A DNA stretch of 62,305 bases, counting the filler. It is 9 parts of 9 records of this genome, joined end to end, with 100 filler letters (N's around TTAATTAATTAA, not from the genome) between each part and the next. Parts side by side here need not be neighbours in the genome. Positions count along the whole stretch, not along the records: positions 27,542 to 33,907 come from SRR31147125_12995; positions 34,008 to 40,161 come from SRR31147125_13009; positions 40,262 to 49,609 come from SRR31147125_13019; 6 more parts are not named here. The stretch is one strand, 5' to 3'. The translations under genes and the position numbers were made by a program. This document shows, piece after piece, positions 29,660 through 40,262 of the stretch. How positions within the stretch are numbered: the first letter of the stretch is position 1; the number at the start of each line of letters is the position of its first letter. The notes under the pieces were generated by a model. It was not told the DNA's origin and did no database searches. It saw only the letters and a program-made list of their open reading frames with translations.

Positions 29660-29979
29660 ATGAGGATTACTTTCACGGCGAGGCATTTAAACCTTCTGAC
29701 AGGTTAAAAGAATATGCTCAAACTGAAGTTGCACAGCTAAAGAAATACTATGATGGTATTTTAGATATTGAAATAATTTTAGATTATATAAAACAGCAAC
29801 AAGTAGCGGAACTTGTCGCTAAAGTATATGGCACCAGATTAACTTCTATTGAAAAGAGTGAGGACATGTACAAGTCCATTGACCTCGCAGTGGAAAAATT
29901 AGAACGCCAACTTTTAAAATATAAAGCGAAACAAAGACATTTCGAAAAAGAACGAATTAACTGGGCTGTAGAAGAATAA
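29660..29979 (+). CDS. hpf: Ribosome hibernation factor HPF/RaiA (missed by the ORF track; 1-nt indel at about 29686)
   Basis: MRITFTARHF-KPSDRLKEYA..V..LKKYYD.I..IEIIL...AEL...SEDMYKSIDLAVEKLERQL.KYK; AAGGAGG RBS. Confidence 0.9.
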
Positions 29980-30014
29980 ATATTATTACATCATATTTTT
30001 CCAGATCACTTTTT

Positions 30015-30048
30015 AAATATGGGGCTCAATTGAGCCCCATATTTTTTT
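30015..30048 (+). terminator. Rho-independent terminator after hpf
   Basis: AAATATGGGGCTCAATTGAGCCCCATATTT + T tract. Confidence 0.85.
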
Positions 30049-30154
30049 AAGACATACCTTAATACAAAAAATCTAATTGAAATTATAATTAAAATACTGT
30101 ATATTATTTCAAAAATAAATAAATTATCAATCTTTAAAAGAAAAACTATTAAAA

Positions 30155-31152
30155 TTGAAAAGCAGTGATAAAATTAGTCCCACTGACGCGTTTACTCAGC
30201 AACGCTCCATTCCTTTCATCACTGTCAGAGAGCTATACGAACAAAACTTTGAACGCCTTTCAATCAAAATCATTAACAACCAGGCCAGTTTTGACCACAA
30301 AATAACAGAAAGAGAATTACATCGCCCCGGTCTGGCGCTTGGTGGATTTATTGAAGTCTTTACGTATTGGCGTATCCAGGTCATGGGTAATACGGAAATA
30401 GGTTACCTGAACACTCTGGATGGCAATCAACGAATTGCCGCAATATCTACTCTTTTAAGCTTTGATTTACCATGTATTGTCATTACAAGTGATAACGCCC
30501 CACCGCAGGAGCTGGTTAATATTGCCAATGAGAACAATATAACTCTTTTCGCAACTCCATATAGCACCACTATTGTCACTCAGCATCTGAGTGAATATCT
30601 TGAAGATATATTTGCTCCAAATACGATTGTGCACGGTAGTCTGGTCGACGTTTACGGTGTAGGCATGCTTATAATTGGCCTGAGCTCAATAGGTAAAAGT
30701 GAGTTGGCCCTTGATTTGGTCGAACGAGGCCACCAGCTCGTCGCTGACGATGTTGTTTATATTACCAAAGTAGGTGTTAATCTTTTGCAAGGCGGTCCCA
30801 GTGATGTTCTGGAACATCACATGGAAATCCGTGGTCTTGGGATTATTGATATACGCCGTATGTTTGGCATCAGAGCAATAAGGGGAAAAAAACAATTCAA
30901 ATCGTTACTAAACTTGAACAGTACGATGAAAAAGGGGAATATGAACGAATTGGTGTAGATGATAATACCCTGGAGATACTGGGAGTCAGTGTACCTCTTG
31001 TAGAGTTACCCATTTTACCAGGAAAAAACATAACTGTTATCACTGAAGCCATTGCCTTGAATCATAAATTAAAACAACATGGCGAACACACTGCAAAAAA
31101 ATTTAATGAAAGATTGATAGCCCGAATGCAAGACAAGTCCAATAACTTGTAG
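30155..31152 (+). CDS. hprK: HPr kinase/phosphorylase (frameshift in the A7 run at 30886-30892)
   Basis: LHRPGLAL.GF, RIQVMG.TE, HGSLVDVYGVG, GKSELALDLVERGHQLVADD, HMEIRGLGII. The shifted frame supplies YERIG..LPGKNITVITEAIALN to TAG 31152. Confidence 0.93.
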
Positions 31153-31173
31153 ACACAAACATAGGAATAATTT

Positions 31174-31572
31174 ATGAAACATGCGATCCTCCTCACTCAT
31201 GGGCTCATCGGAGAGGCTTTCATAGAGGCAGTTCAAGGCATTATGGGATTGGATGATGGATTACACGCAATTTCAGTCATGAATATGTCAGTTGTAGAGA
31301 TAACAGATCGCCTCATGGCTCTAGTCGGGGCACCGGAAGAAAAACGTGATGGCGTCATCATTTTGGCAAGCTTGAAAGGAGGAAGCTGCTGGAATGTAGC
31401 CATTTCGGTAGCCAAAGATAACTCGAATGTTAAGGTTGTTTCGGGCCTTAATCTATCAATGGTCCTATCGTTTATGACAAAAAGAGATGAAATGCCATTA
31501 AAGGAATTGGCCGAAAATATAGAACAAGATGGTCATCGTGGGGTTACTCTTTTTAAAAATTCTCAACGATAA
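31174..31572 (+). CDS. PTS mannose/fructose-family EIIA
   Basis: ILLTHG phospho-His, GVIILA.L.GGS..N, VVSGLNLSM. Confidence 0.88.
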   Translation: MKHAILLTHGLIGEAFIEAVQGIMGLDDGLHAISVMNMSVVEITDRLMALVGAPEEKRDGVIILASLKGGSCWNVAISVAKDNSNVKVVSGLNLSMVLSFMTKRDEMPLKELAENIEQDGHRGVTLFKNSQR

Positions 31573-31609
31573 TAGAGATTTAAATAAATAAAACTGGAGA
31601 AATAGGTCC

Positions 31610-32098
31610 ATGCCACTCGTACAGGTAAGAATTGATGATCGACTTATCCATGGCCAGGTTGTTGTTGGTTGGCGCAGCTCACTGAAACCTGACTGTATCC
31701 TATTATGCAGCAATGAAGTAGCAAATTCCGATTGGCAACGTACAATTTATATGTCTGCTGTGCCAGATGATATCCATGCTGCTGTTCTGACGCTAAAGGA
31801 GACGATTCAAGCATTGCTTGATGACACGTTTTCTGAGGAACGTGTTATACTACTTGTGGACACGCCGCAAAGTATTGTTGATTTGGTCGATGCCGGAGTG
31901 TCTATTACAGAAGTTAATGTTGGCGGTATGCATTTCCGCCCCGGGAAAAACCAGATTGCCCCTTTTATATTTGTTGATGAAAAAGATGTACAAAATTTTC
32001 GAATACTCTATGAAAAAAATATCAATCTGGATGGGCGAGATGTACCGACAAGACAATCTATTGACATCGCCAGCGCATTAAAATTTTATGAGGACTGA
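31610..32098 (+). CDS. PTS mannose/sorbose-family EIIB
   Basis: RIDDRLIHGQV..W, VNVGGM. Confidence 0.92.
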   Translation: MPLVQVRIDDRLIHGQVVVGWRSSLKPDCILLCSNEVANSDWQRTIYMSAVPDDIHAAVLTLKETIQALLDDTFSEERVILLVDTPQSIVDLVDAGVSITEVNVGGMHFRPGKNQIAPFIFVDEKDVQNFRILYEKNINLDGRDVPTRQSIDIASALKFYED

Positions 32099-32295
32099 GG
32101 TTAACTTGTTCTAAATTTATTTTATTAAAGAATAGCGAAAACATATAAACATGCCTTTGCAAAAATGAGCTTTAATAATTTTTGGTAAAGGCTTTTTTAT
32201 ACTTAAAAATTTTTGTAATTTTCAAACAACAATATACTTGATTATATAAAAGTTTGTATTTACATTAAAAATTAAATATTCATTGGAAAAAATAA

Positions 32296-33163
32296 ATGAA
32301 AAATCCACTCAAAAGAACGGATGTTTTCCAATGCAATTATAAAGACCACTCTAAATTTGAAAATCGTGTATCTGTTTATCACGTCCTGCGATCTAGAAAA
32401 TGTTTTCCGCAAGGATGTGTTGGTTTTTTCCTGGTACTGTGACCTCCTGAACAAAGGGAAAAGTTGTCCGCGAGGTTTTCAATTTCTTGGCCGGTTGTGT
32501 GAAGGTTGTTCTCATTACAGTGATGAAAAAGTTCACTATCAACCCCAGTTAAAACTATCCGATCAGGACTATGAAATCTTTAAACAAGAACTGGAAGATT
32601 TCGATGATTGGATTTACGAACTTGAAAATCGCCAGATAAGTCTTTTCTGTAGAGTGGATGGAATTAAACCTTGCTTTAAAAAGGAAATTTCCGCCGGTAA
32701 ATTCAGTCTACGACTGGATGGCTATATACTTGTTTTAAAGTCCGGTTTTATTGATACCACTGAATTTGACGATTATTTTTATATTCATATATCACCACGC
32801 CAACAAGAGCAATATTCAATTGCCTATCAGGACGTCTTTGAGGCACGTGGCATCATGACATTGGACCGAGGTCGACTTGTTTTTCCAAAAATTTGGACCA
32901 TCGATTTTGAAGAACGATCCGGTGAAAAGACATGGACAAACAGTGAAGCACGCGTCGCGCGTCAGGTGGCAACTTTTTTCCCCCACCAACCACAGGCATG
33001 TTTACATTGCACGCACGGCGCTCTGGTTGATGTAAAAGAAACAAAACGAAAACAAACACAACTCAAAAGAGAGCTCTATTGTTTAAAGGGTATTTCAGAT
33101 TACCGGTTGTGTTATCTTGCTGCAAAAGAACATATAAATGAATGTATTGAAGAAATAAATTAA
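32296..33163 (+). CDS. Cys-rich hypothetical protein (true start probably 32296; indel in T6 at about 32424)
   Basis: MKNPLKRTDVFQC...KCFPQGCVG joins FSWYCDLLNKGKSCPRG..CEGC..; C-terminal CLHC..C..C. Confidence 0.7.
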
Positions 33164-33167
33164 TTGA

Positions 33168-33907
<740 letters not shown>

Positions 33908-34007
33908 NNNNNNNNNNNNNNNNNNNNNNNNNNNNNNNNNNNNNNNNNNNNTTAATTAATTAANNNNNNNNNNNNNNNNNNNNNNNNNNNNNNNNNNNNN
34001 NNNNNNN
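33908..34007. other. Artificial contig spacer
   Basis: 44 N + TTAATTAATTAA + 44 N. Confidence 0.98.
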
Positions 34008-34405
34008 AGGGATAGGGGTTTTTCCACTGCATAGATTAGATGGCTTATTGTCTTTGAGATTGTATCACCGTACCCTATATTAATATAATCACCGGGTTTG
34101 CTCTTTTCTTCGATGTATTGTGCTGCTGCCTTTGCTATAGTGTCATTTAAATCTCCGTGATATGAATTCGGAACGACAAACACATCCGATAGACCGTATT
34201 TTTCCATAAGCTGAGTTTCAGTATTCATTCTTGTTTCAGCATTTCTATTGATTTTGAACTGAACAATGCCGTCTGTTTTAGCTTGATTCAGGTACTTAAC
34301 CACCTTCATACGAGAAATATCTAACCTCTCTGCGATTTGCTGTTGGGTTAAATTATCTATGTAGTATAACCACGATATTTTCATAATTAAATTAGTTTCA
34401 CGCAT
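34008..34405 (-). CDS. lsrR: SorC/DeoR-family sugar-binding regulator, LsrR-like (3' truncated)
   Basis: ISWLYYIDNLTQQQIAERLDISRMKV.K.L..A...GIV HTH, IGYGDT; divergent from lsrA; start 34405. Confidence 0.75.
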
Positions 34406-34490
34406 ATTATCCCCACCTTTACAATTTTCTAACATTCTATCATTTTTTATATCATAAAACAATTGTACCTATGCTGATAATTTGTAACGA

Positions 34491-34523
34491 TAAACAAATG
34501 TTTAATTAACGATAATATGTTTG
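34491..34523. promoter_or_regulatory. Candidate LsrR operator 1
   Basis: TAAACA-N21-TGTTTG (core AACAAATG-N13-AATATGTT), just downstream of the lsrR promoter. Confidence 0.6.
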
Positions 34524-34534
34524 TCAATATGTTG

Positions 34535-34563
34535 AGTATAACAGCTAAAAACCCCATTGTCAA
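34535..34563 (-). promoter_or_regulatory. Sigma-A promoter of lsrR
   Basis: Minus strand TTGACA-N17-TATACT with TG extension. Confidence 0.7.
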
Positions 34564-34594
34564 CGAAAAAACCACAAAAAAGATAATATTTTTG

Positions 34595-34623
34595 TTGACA
34601 AATTGCACAAAGTGAATTATTAT
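34595..34623 (+). promoter_or_regulatory. Sigma-A promoter of lsrACDB
   Basis: TTGACA-N17-TATTAT. Confidence 0.7.
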
Positions 34624-34627
34624 TGAA

Positions 34628-34660
34628 GAAACAAATGATTAATGCACACACATTTGTTAA
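34628..34660. promoter_or_regulatory. Candidate LsrR operator 2
   Basis: GAAACA-N21-TGTTAA (core AACAAATG-N13-CATTTGTT, perfect IR), overlapping the expected lsrA start site. Confidence 0.65.
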
Positions 34661-34716
34661 GAAATGACAATAAAATGAGACAATCACTCACATTAAGATA
34701 AAGAAGAGAGGACGAT

Positions 34717-36240
34717 ATGGGAAAAAGCGATAAAAACAGACAACTTTTACGCGTAGAAAAAATATACAAGTCCTTTGGAAGCAATCTCGTTCTGCAAGGT
34801 GTCGATATGGAGCTTAATGAAGGTGAAGTGCTGGCACTAATAGGCGGAAACGGGGCAGGTAAGTCTACGCTCATGAAGATAATCATGGGCATTTACCAAT
34901 GCGATAAAGGGGAAATTTATGTTAACGGAAAACTTGTTCATCTGGCAAAGGCTTCCATTGCTCTTGCAGCAGGTATATATATGGTGCCGCAGGAACCTAT
35001 GCTTTTCCCCAATATGACAGTTGAAGAAAATATAACAATGGGATTTAAGGGCAATCAATCGGAATTGCATTGTAAAATAGTAAACTTGATGAGTGATATC
35101 GGATGGAAATTGGATTTAAACCGGAATGCCGGCAGCCTGTCGATTGCAGAGCAGACTTTAGTGGAGATAATAAGAGGACTTCTTCGCGAAGCAAAAATAC
35201 TTATCCTTGATGAACCTACTTCGGCATTGACATTTGACGAAGTTGAAAGCTTCTTTAAAGTGGTTAAGGATCTTCGTAAAAAAGGAATCGGAATAATATA
35301 TATAACACACAGATTATCAGAAGTATTTGAAATTGCATCTCACGTATCGATTATGTGCGATGGAGTAATAACGTTAAATGGTCCTGTAGACAATTTCACC
35401 CGTGAAATGCTAATTCAAGGTTTGATGCCGTCAAACAGTGAACATAAAGGAAAAGTACAAGTAGAAATTAAGCCGGTAGATTATGAAAATCTGGAACCGA
35501 TTTTTGAACTGAAAAATTATAGCGGGTATGGATTTAATAATATTTCATTAAAAGTATATCCCGGTGAAATTCTTGGTTTAGCCGGTGTTGTGGGAGCAGG
35601 ACGTACAGAATTAGTAAGGACAATTTTTGGGCGTGATAAAACTTTAAATGGACAGATTATATTAGACGGCAGGGATATAACAGGACTTGGTACTAAAAGC
35701 GTTTTGAAAGCCGGTATTAATCTAGTTCCTGAAGACAGACATAATCATGGATTATTTAAGATAAGTGGAGTGTGCGAAAACATAACGGCTGCAATGCTGG
35801 ATAGAAAAGAAATGGGCAAGTTTGTTCTTAACAGAAAAATGGAGAAAAAGCTGACCTGTAAGTACGTCGATGATTTCAGAATAAAAGTAACGGATAATGA
35901 ACAGTTAGCAGGGAGTCTATCCGGCGGCAATCAGCAGAAGGTTGTAATTGGAAAATCACTGTCAACACAGCCGAAGCTGGTAATTCTTGATGAGCCTACG
36001 CGCGGAATAGACGCAGCAGCACGTATGGACGTATATAGAATAATACATAAGCTTAAGAATCAAGGTGTTGCAATTTTATTAATTTCATCAGATATGGAAG
36101 AAATTGTGGAATTAGCAGACAGAAGCATTTCCGTGTTCAACGGAAGCATTAACGCTGAATTTTCAAAGGAAGAGATTATTATGGATAATCTGACTGCAGC
36201 GTCGTTTGGCATATATAAAGGAGAGGGGGCAAATCAATGA
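34717..36240 (+). CDS. lsrA: CUT2 ABC ATPase, AI-2 import LsrA-like
   Basis: GGNGAGKSTLMK, MVPQEP.LFPN, ILDEPT twice, LSGGNQQK. Confidence 0.8.
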   Translation: MGKSDKNRQLLRVEKIYKSFGSNLVLQGVDMELNEGEVLALIGGNGAGKSTLMKIIMGIYQCDKGEIYVNGKLVHLAKASIALAAGIYMVPQEPMLFPNMTVEENITMGFKGNQSELHCKIVNLMSDIGWKLDLNRNAGSLSIAEQTLVEIIRGLLREAKILILDEPTSALTFDEVESFFKVVKDLRKKGIGIIYITHRLSEVFEIASHVSIMCDGVITLNGPVDNFTREMLIQGLMPSNSEHKGKVQVEIKPVDYENLEPIFELKNYSGYGFNNISLKVYPGEILGLAGVVGAGRTELVRTIFGRDKTLNGQIILDGRDITGLGTKSVLKAGINLVPEDRHNHGLFKISGVCENITAAMLDRKEMGKFVLNRKMEKKLTCKYVDDFRIKVTDNEQLAGSLSGGNQQKVVIGKSLSTQPKLVILDEPTRGIDAAARMDVYRIIHKLKNQGVAILLISSDMEEIVELADRSISVFNGSINAEFSKEEIIMDNLTAASFGIYKGEGANQ

Positions 36241-37262
36241 GTTTGCTTAAGAGATTGAGTAGAGTAAGATGGTTGTCAAGCCTCGTTTTCTTGATTGTAT
36301 TATTTGTATTTACAGGCATAATTAATCCAACATTTTTTAGTTATTCTAATATAATCAGTGCATTCAACAGCAGTGTTGTTTTTACCTTGATGGCGGTTGG
36401 TATTGCATTTGTTATTATGACCGGGGAAATAGACGTTTCAATAGGTTCCACGATGGGACTTGCAGCTGCTATTGCAGGTACAATAGCCCAAAGAGGCGGA
36501 AGTGTTGCAGAAATGTTTATGTATGCAGTGCTTTTAGGAATAGCTGTAGGGGTCATAAACGGCGTTGGAGTAGCTATTATCAAAGTGCCGTCTTTAATAT
36601 TTACATTAGGAATTATGGGCATAGTTAGAGGATTGGTATATGTTTACTCAGATGGTCGTACGGTAGAAAACTTTGCAGGGGAGTTTACAAATCTGGGAAG
36701 TAAAACATTGTTTGCGGATATAACAATTTATTATGTATTAGTTATTGTGATTGTAGTAGCCGGGCATATGCTTTTGACAAGAACAAGAAGCGGCAAAAAC
36801 TTTATTGCAGTTGGTGATAATATCGGCGGTGCAACATTAATTGGTATTCCGGTTGTCTGGACAAAGATACTGGCATATATATTGTCAGGTATTTTCGCAG
36901 CAATAGCCGGTGTTGCTTTTGCATCAAAGTATGGACAAGTAAATATAGTTGCAGGATCAGGTTATGAAATGTCAGCAATTGCTGCATGTGTTCTGGGCGG
37001 AGTCAGTCTATCAGGCGGATTGGGCAGTTTATTAGGTGCAGCAATCGGTGCTGTTATTATGTCAGCTATCAGTCGCTTGCTGGTTTTCATAGGATTATCA
37101 TCAGATTTTGATAATACAATTAAGGGCATTATGCTTATTACTATAGTTGTGATAGATGCGCTGATGCACACTCGCTCAGTTGAGAAAGCAAGACGTGCAA
37201 GATTAGCTGCAAGGGCATCCAATCACAATAGTGCAAAGGTAGGTAACGGCGATGAAAAATAG
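36237..37262 (+). CDS. lsrC: ABC permease LsrC-like
   Basis: IDVSIGS, AVGDN..GA...GI, E..AIAACVLGGVSL.GG.G. Confidence 0.75.
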   Translation: MSLLKRLSRVRWLSSLVFLIVLFVFTGIINPTFFSYSNIISAFNSSVVFTLMAVGIAFVIMTGEIDVSIGSTMGLAAAIAGTIAQRGGSVAEMFMYAVLLGIAVGVINGVGVAIIKVPSLIFTLGIMGIVRGLVYVYSDGRTVENFAGEFTNLGSKTLFADITIYYVLVIVIVVAGHMLLTRTRSGKNFIAVGDNIGGATLIGIPVVWTKILAYILSGIFAAIAGVAFASKYGQVNIVAGSGYEMSAIAACVLGGVSLSGGLGSLLGAAIGAVIMSAISRLLVFIGLSSDFDNTIKGIMLITIVVIDALMHTRSVEKARRARLAARASNHNSAKVGNGDEK

Positions 37263-38301
37263 CGTTAAGCAAAATATAAAAAATATTGTGGCAAGGTGGG
37301 AATTTATTCTGTTCATGGTTCTTGTAGCCGAGTTCGTAATATTCGGAGCAGCTAATTTTGAAAAGTTTATGAGGCTTCCGTCAATCTTTTCCAGCATTAA
37401 TAACTATATAAGTATTTGTATAATATCGCTTTTTGTAACCTTTGTTATGATAACAGGCGGAATAGATATTCAGGCAAGTTCCATTGTTGGACTGACATCA
37501 ATATTAATAGGTGTTTTGTGGAGCGATGCAGGGTTAAATATTTGGGCAGCGGTAATACTAGCTATTATAAGCGCAGCATTGTGCGGAGCATTATCAGGTT
37601 TCTTAGTAGCGTATTGCAACGTCCAGCCGATGGTTGTTACCCTTGGCGGAAGTTTTCTCTTCTCAGGTCTTGCGCTTTTGGTTTCAGGACTTTCCGAAAC
37701 GCCGGCATACAAAGGTATCAACGGCTTTCCGGGCAAAAATGAAGCAGGCGAGTATATTGCATTTCGTGCGCTGGGGAAATATAAATTATTCGATGTAATA
37801 CCCATACAGATTTTGATATATGCAGCTTTAATAATATTTTGTTACTGGTTATTGCACAAGTCAAAGTATGGACGCAAGGTATTTTTGGTGGGCGTGAACA
37901 GGAAGGCTGCTGAATATTCAGGTGTAAACAGCAGATGGATAATAATGAGTACTTATATCTTGACAGGTATCGGGGCAGCAATAGCCGGAGTGTTGTTAAC
38001 AGCCAATGTTGACTCGGCGAAATATAATTTAGGATCGACATTTACTCTTTCTATAATCACGGCAGTTGTTTTGGGAGGTACTCTTTCAACAGGAGGAAAA
38101 GGAAGCGTAATAGGCACAGCGCTTGCAGCCATTGTAATATGCATATTACGATACGGGCTTCCCCTATGCTTTGGTGTAAGCACACAAAACCTAGACCTGC
38201 CGATTGGCATTATGCTGGTAGTTGTTGTTTCAGTTCGGGAATTGGCAGCAAACCCAAGAATTTTGGCATACGTCAAGGGGATTGTAAAAAAGTCAAGTTA
38301 A
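37252..38301 (+). CDS. lsrD: ABC permease LsrD-like
   Basis: RWE, TGGIDI, V.P.VVTLG, ITAVVLGG...GG.GS.IGT. Confidence 0.75.
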   Translation: MKNSVKQNIKNIVARWEFILFMVLVAEFVIFGAANFEKFMRLPSIFSSINNYISICIISLFVTFVMITGGIDIQASSIVGLTSILIGVLWSDAGLNIWAAVILAIISAALCGALSGFLVAYCNVQPMVVTLGGSFLFSGLALLVSGLSETPAYKGINGFPGKNEAGEYIAFRALGKYKLFDVIPIQILIYAALIIFCYWLLHKSKYGRKVFLVGVNRKAAEYSGVNSRWIIMSTYILTGIGAAIAGVLLTANVDSAKYNLGSTFTLSIITAVVLGGTLSTGGKGSVIGTALAAIVICILRYGLPLCFGVSTQNLDLPIGIMLVVVVSVRELAANPRILAYVKGIVKKSS

Positions 38302-38371
38302 AAAACGTTAGTAGGTTTAGAGTATTTAATTGCTCTAAGTATAAATAAACACATTTCATAAGGAGGATAAA

Positions 38372-39490
38372 ATGAAAAAGTTATTTGCGATTTTACTGGT
38401 ACTAGTTATGCTATTCTCATTAGCAGCTTGTAAAGAAGAAACTCCAGCTACTGATGACGTAAAACCAGCAGACGACGAACAACAAGTAGAAGAAACAACA
38501 GGTGATATTGAAGGCATGACTGTTGCTTTTATCCCTAAACTAACAGGTAACTCATTCTTTGAAGCAGCTAATGACGGCGCTCAAAAGTATGCAGAACAAT
38601 GGGGAATTGAAGTTAAGTACATGGGTAGTGCTACAGCTTCAGTTACTGATCAACTTGAAGTTATCCAACAAGCAATTGACGCAGGCGTAGATGCAATTTC
38701 AATTTCTTCAGTTGATGCACAAGCATTAGATGAAAAATTAAAAGAAGCTCAGGACATGGGTATCGTAGTAACAACTTGGGACTCAGACGTATCTTCAGAT
38801 GCACGTTCATTAATGGTATCTCAAGGCACACCTCAAATTTTAGGCGAAATGCTGGTTGATATGGGTGCTGATGCACTTGCTAACCGCGGTATTGACGTAG
38901 ACGGCGAAGTTAAATATGTATGGCATTATTCACAAGCAGCTGTTGCGGACCAAAACTCATGGTATGTTGCAGGCGAAGAATACATCAAAGAAAAATATCC
39001 TAACTGGGTAGCAGTTTCAGATCCTTTCTATTCAGAACAAGATTCTCAAAAATCAGTTTCTATTGGTGAAGCAATTCTTGAAGCATATCCGGATGTTGAC
39101 TTAATCATCTGTAATGACTCAACAGCTCTGCCGGGACAATGCCAAGCAGCACAAAACAAAGGCTTAGCTAAAGAAGACATCACAATCACAGGCTTCTGTA
39201 CTCCATCAGGAATGACAGCATATTTAGAAGCTGGAATACTTGAACAATGGGGACTATGGGACTGCGGTATTCAGGGAGCACTAGGCTGCTATTTTGCAGC
39301 ATATCTAGCAGCTGGTAACGAAGTTTCAGCCGGAGAAGTTATCAACGTACCAGGCATAGGTGACTGTTCAATCGTAACAAATGATGAATTAGTTCCGGGA
39401 GATACAACTCCAGAGAAAAATAATGGCGTTGTTCTTCTGCCGGAGCGTGTAGTATTCACAGAAGAAAATGTAGCAGATTACCCGTTCTAA
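38372..39490 (+). CDS. lsrB: AI-2/rhamnose-type substrate-binding lipoprotein LsrB-like
   Basis: Lipobox LAAC; AFIPKL.G..FF, TWDSD, QGTP..LG.MLV, DQN.W, WGLWD..QG, VLLPERVVFT.EN. Confidence 0.8.
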   Translation: MKKLFAILLVLVMLFSLAACKEETPATDDVKPADDEQQVEETTGDIEGMTVAFIPKLTGNSFFEAANDGAQKYAEQWGIEVKYMGSATASVTDQLEVIQQAIDAGVDAISISSVDAQALDEKLKEAQDMGIVVTTWDSDVSSDARSLMVSQGTPQILGEMLVDMGADALANRGIDVDGEVKYVWHYSQAAVADQNSWYVAGEEYIKEKYPNWVAVSDPFYSEQDSQKSVSIGEAILEAYPDVDLIICNDSTALPGQCQAAQNKGLAKEDITITGFCTPSGMTAYLEAGILEQWGLWDCGIQGALGCYFAAYLAAGNEVSAGEVINVPGIGDCSIVTNDELVPGDTTPEKNNGVVLLPERVVFTEENVADYPF

Positions 39491-39547
39491 TAGGCTAAAA
39501 GGCAATTGGATATGGATAAATAGTCACACAAGTTAGAACACATATAT

Positions 39548-39587
39548 GGGGTGCGGCGTATTGTTTACAAACAATATGCCACACCCC
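39548..39587. terminator. Hairpin between convergent genes
   Basis: GGGGTGCGGCGTATTGTTT-ac-AAACAATATGCCACACCCC. Confidence 0.6.
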
Positions 39588-39699
39588 GCTGTTATATATA
39601 GTTGAAAAATCTTATTTTTCAATAGTTCCATAAAACATCGAAGACAATTTATATAGGTTTTTATCATAATGCCACCCGATATGAATTTTATACCTTTAA

Positions 39700-40161
39700 T
39701 TACTTTGCCGCTTCGAATATGATAAAGTTTTTGCTGTTCAAGAAAATTGAATAACTTAATACTTTTATAGCCAGCATCGTACATGGCACTGTATATTTGC
39801 TCCTTAGCTGTACTGTGTGCGAAAAAGGTTGCACCCAGCTTCCAATCAATAATTGCAACACGCCCACCCGGCTTCAAACTTTTGCTAAGCTGTCGAAAAT
39901 AGGTAACAGGGTCTGCTATGTGATGAAAAACATTGCGTAAAAAAACAAGGTCACAGCTGTTTTGATGTAAATTCGTATTTTTTTCATTAGCCGTGACCAA
40001 TTCTACGTTTGTCAGTTGTTTTCTGTCTATATTTTTTCTTATATACGCTAAAAAAGTTTCATCGGTATCTACGGCATATACCTTGCCGCTAGCTCCGACT
40101 ATATCCGCAAACTTAAGTGTATAGTAGCCTCCGCCGGAGCCTAGATCTGCAACAATATCGC
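39700..40161 (-). CDS. Class I SAM-dependent methyltransferase (5' truncated; indel near the 3' end)
   Basis: DIVADLGSGGGYY, GKVYAVD, DLVFLRNVFHH, LKPGGRVAIIDW. Natural end QNFIIFEAAK* at 39700 is in another frame. Confidence 0.8.
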
Positions 40162-40261
40162 NNNNNNNNNNNNNNNNNNNNNNNNNNNNNNNNNNNNNNN
40201 NNNNNTTAATTAATTAANNNNNNNNNNNNNNNNNNNNNNNNNNNNNNNNNNNNNNNNNNNN
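40162..40261. other. Artificial contig spacer
   Basis: 44 N + TTAATTAATTAA + 44 N. Confidence 0.98.
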
Positions 40262-40262
40262 G

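Noticed and set aside
30881-30895. Programmed ribosomal frameshifting in hprK (A7 run), and likewise in the TerY-P kinase and trpF
   Set aside because: The same indel pattern occurs in many unrelated genes, and the truncated products would lack essential structure; sequencing error is simpler.
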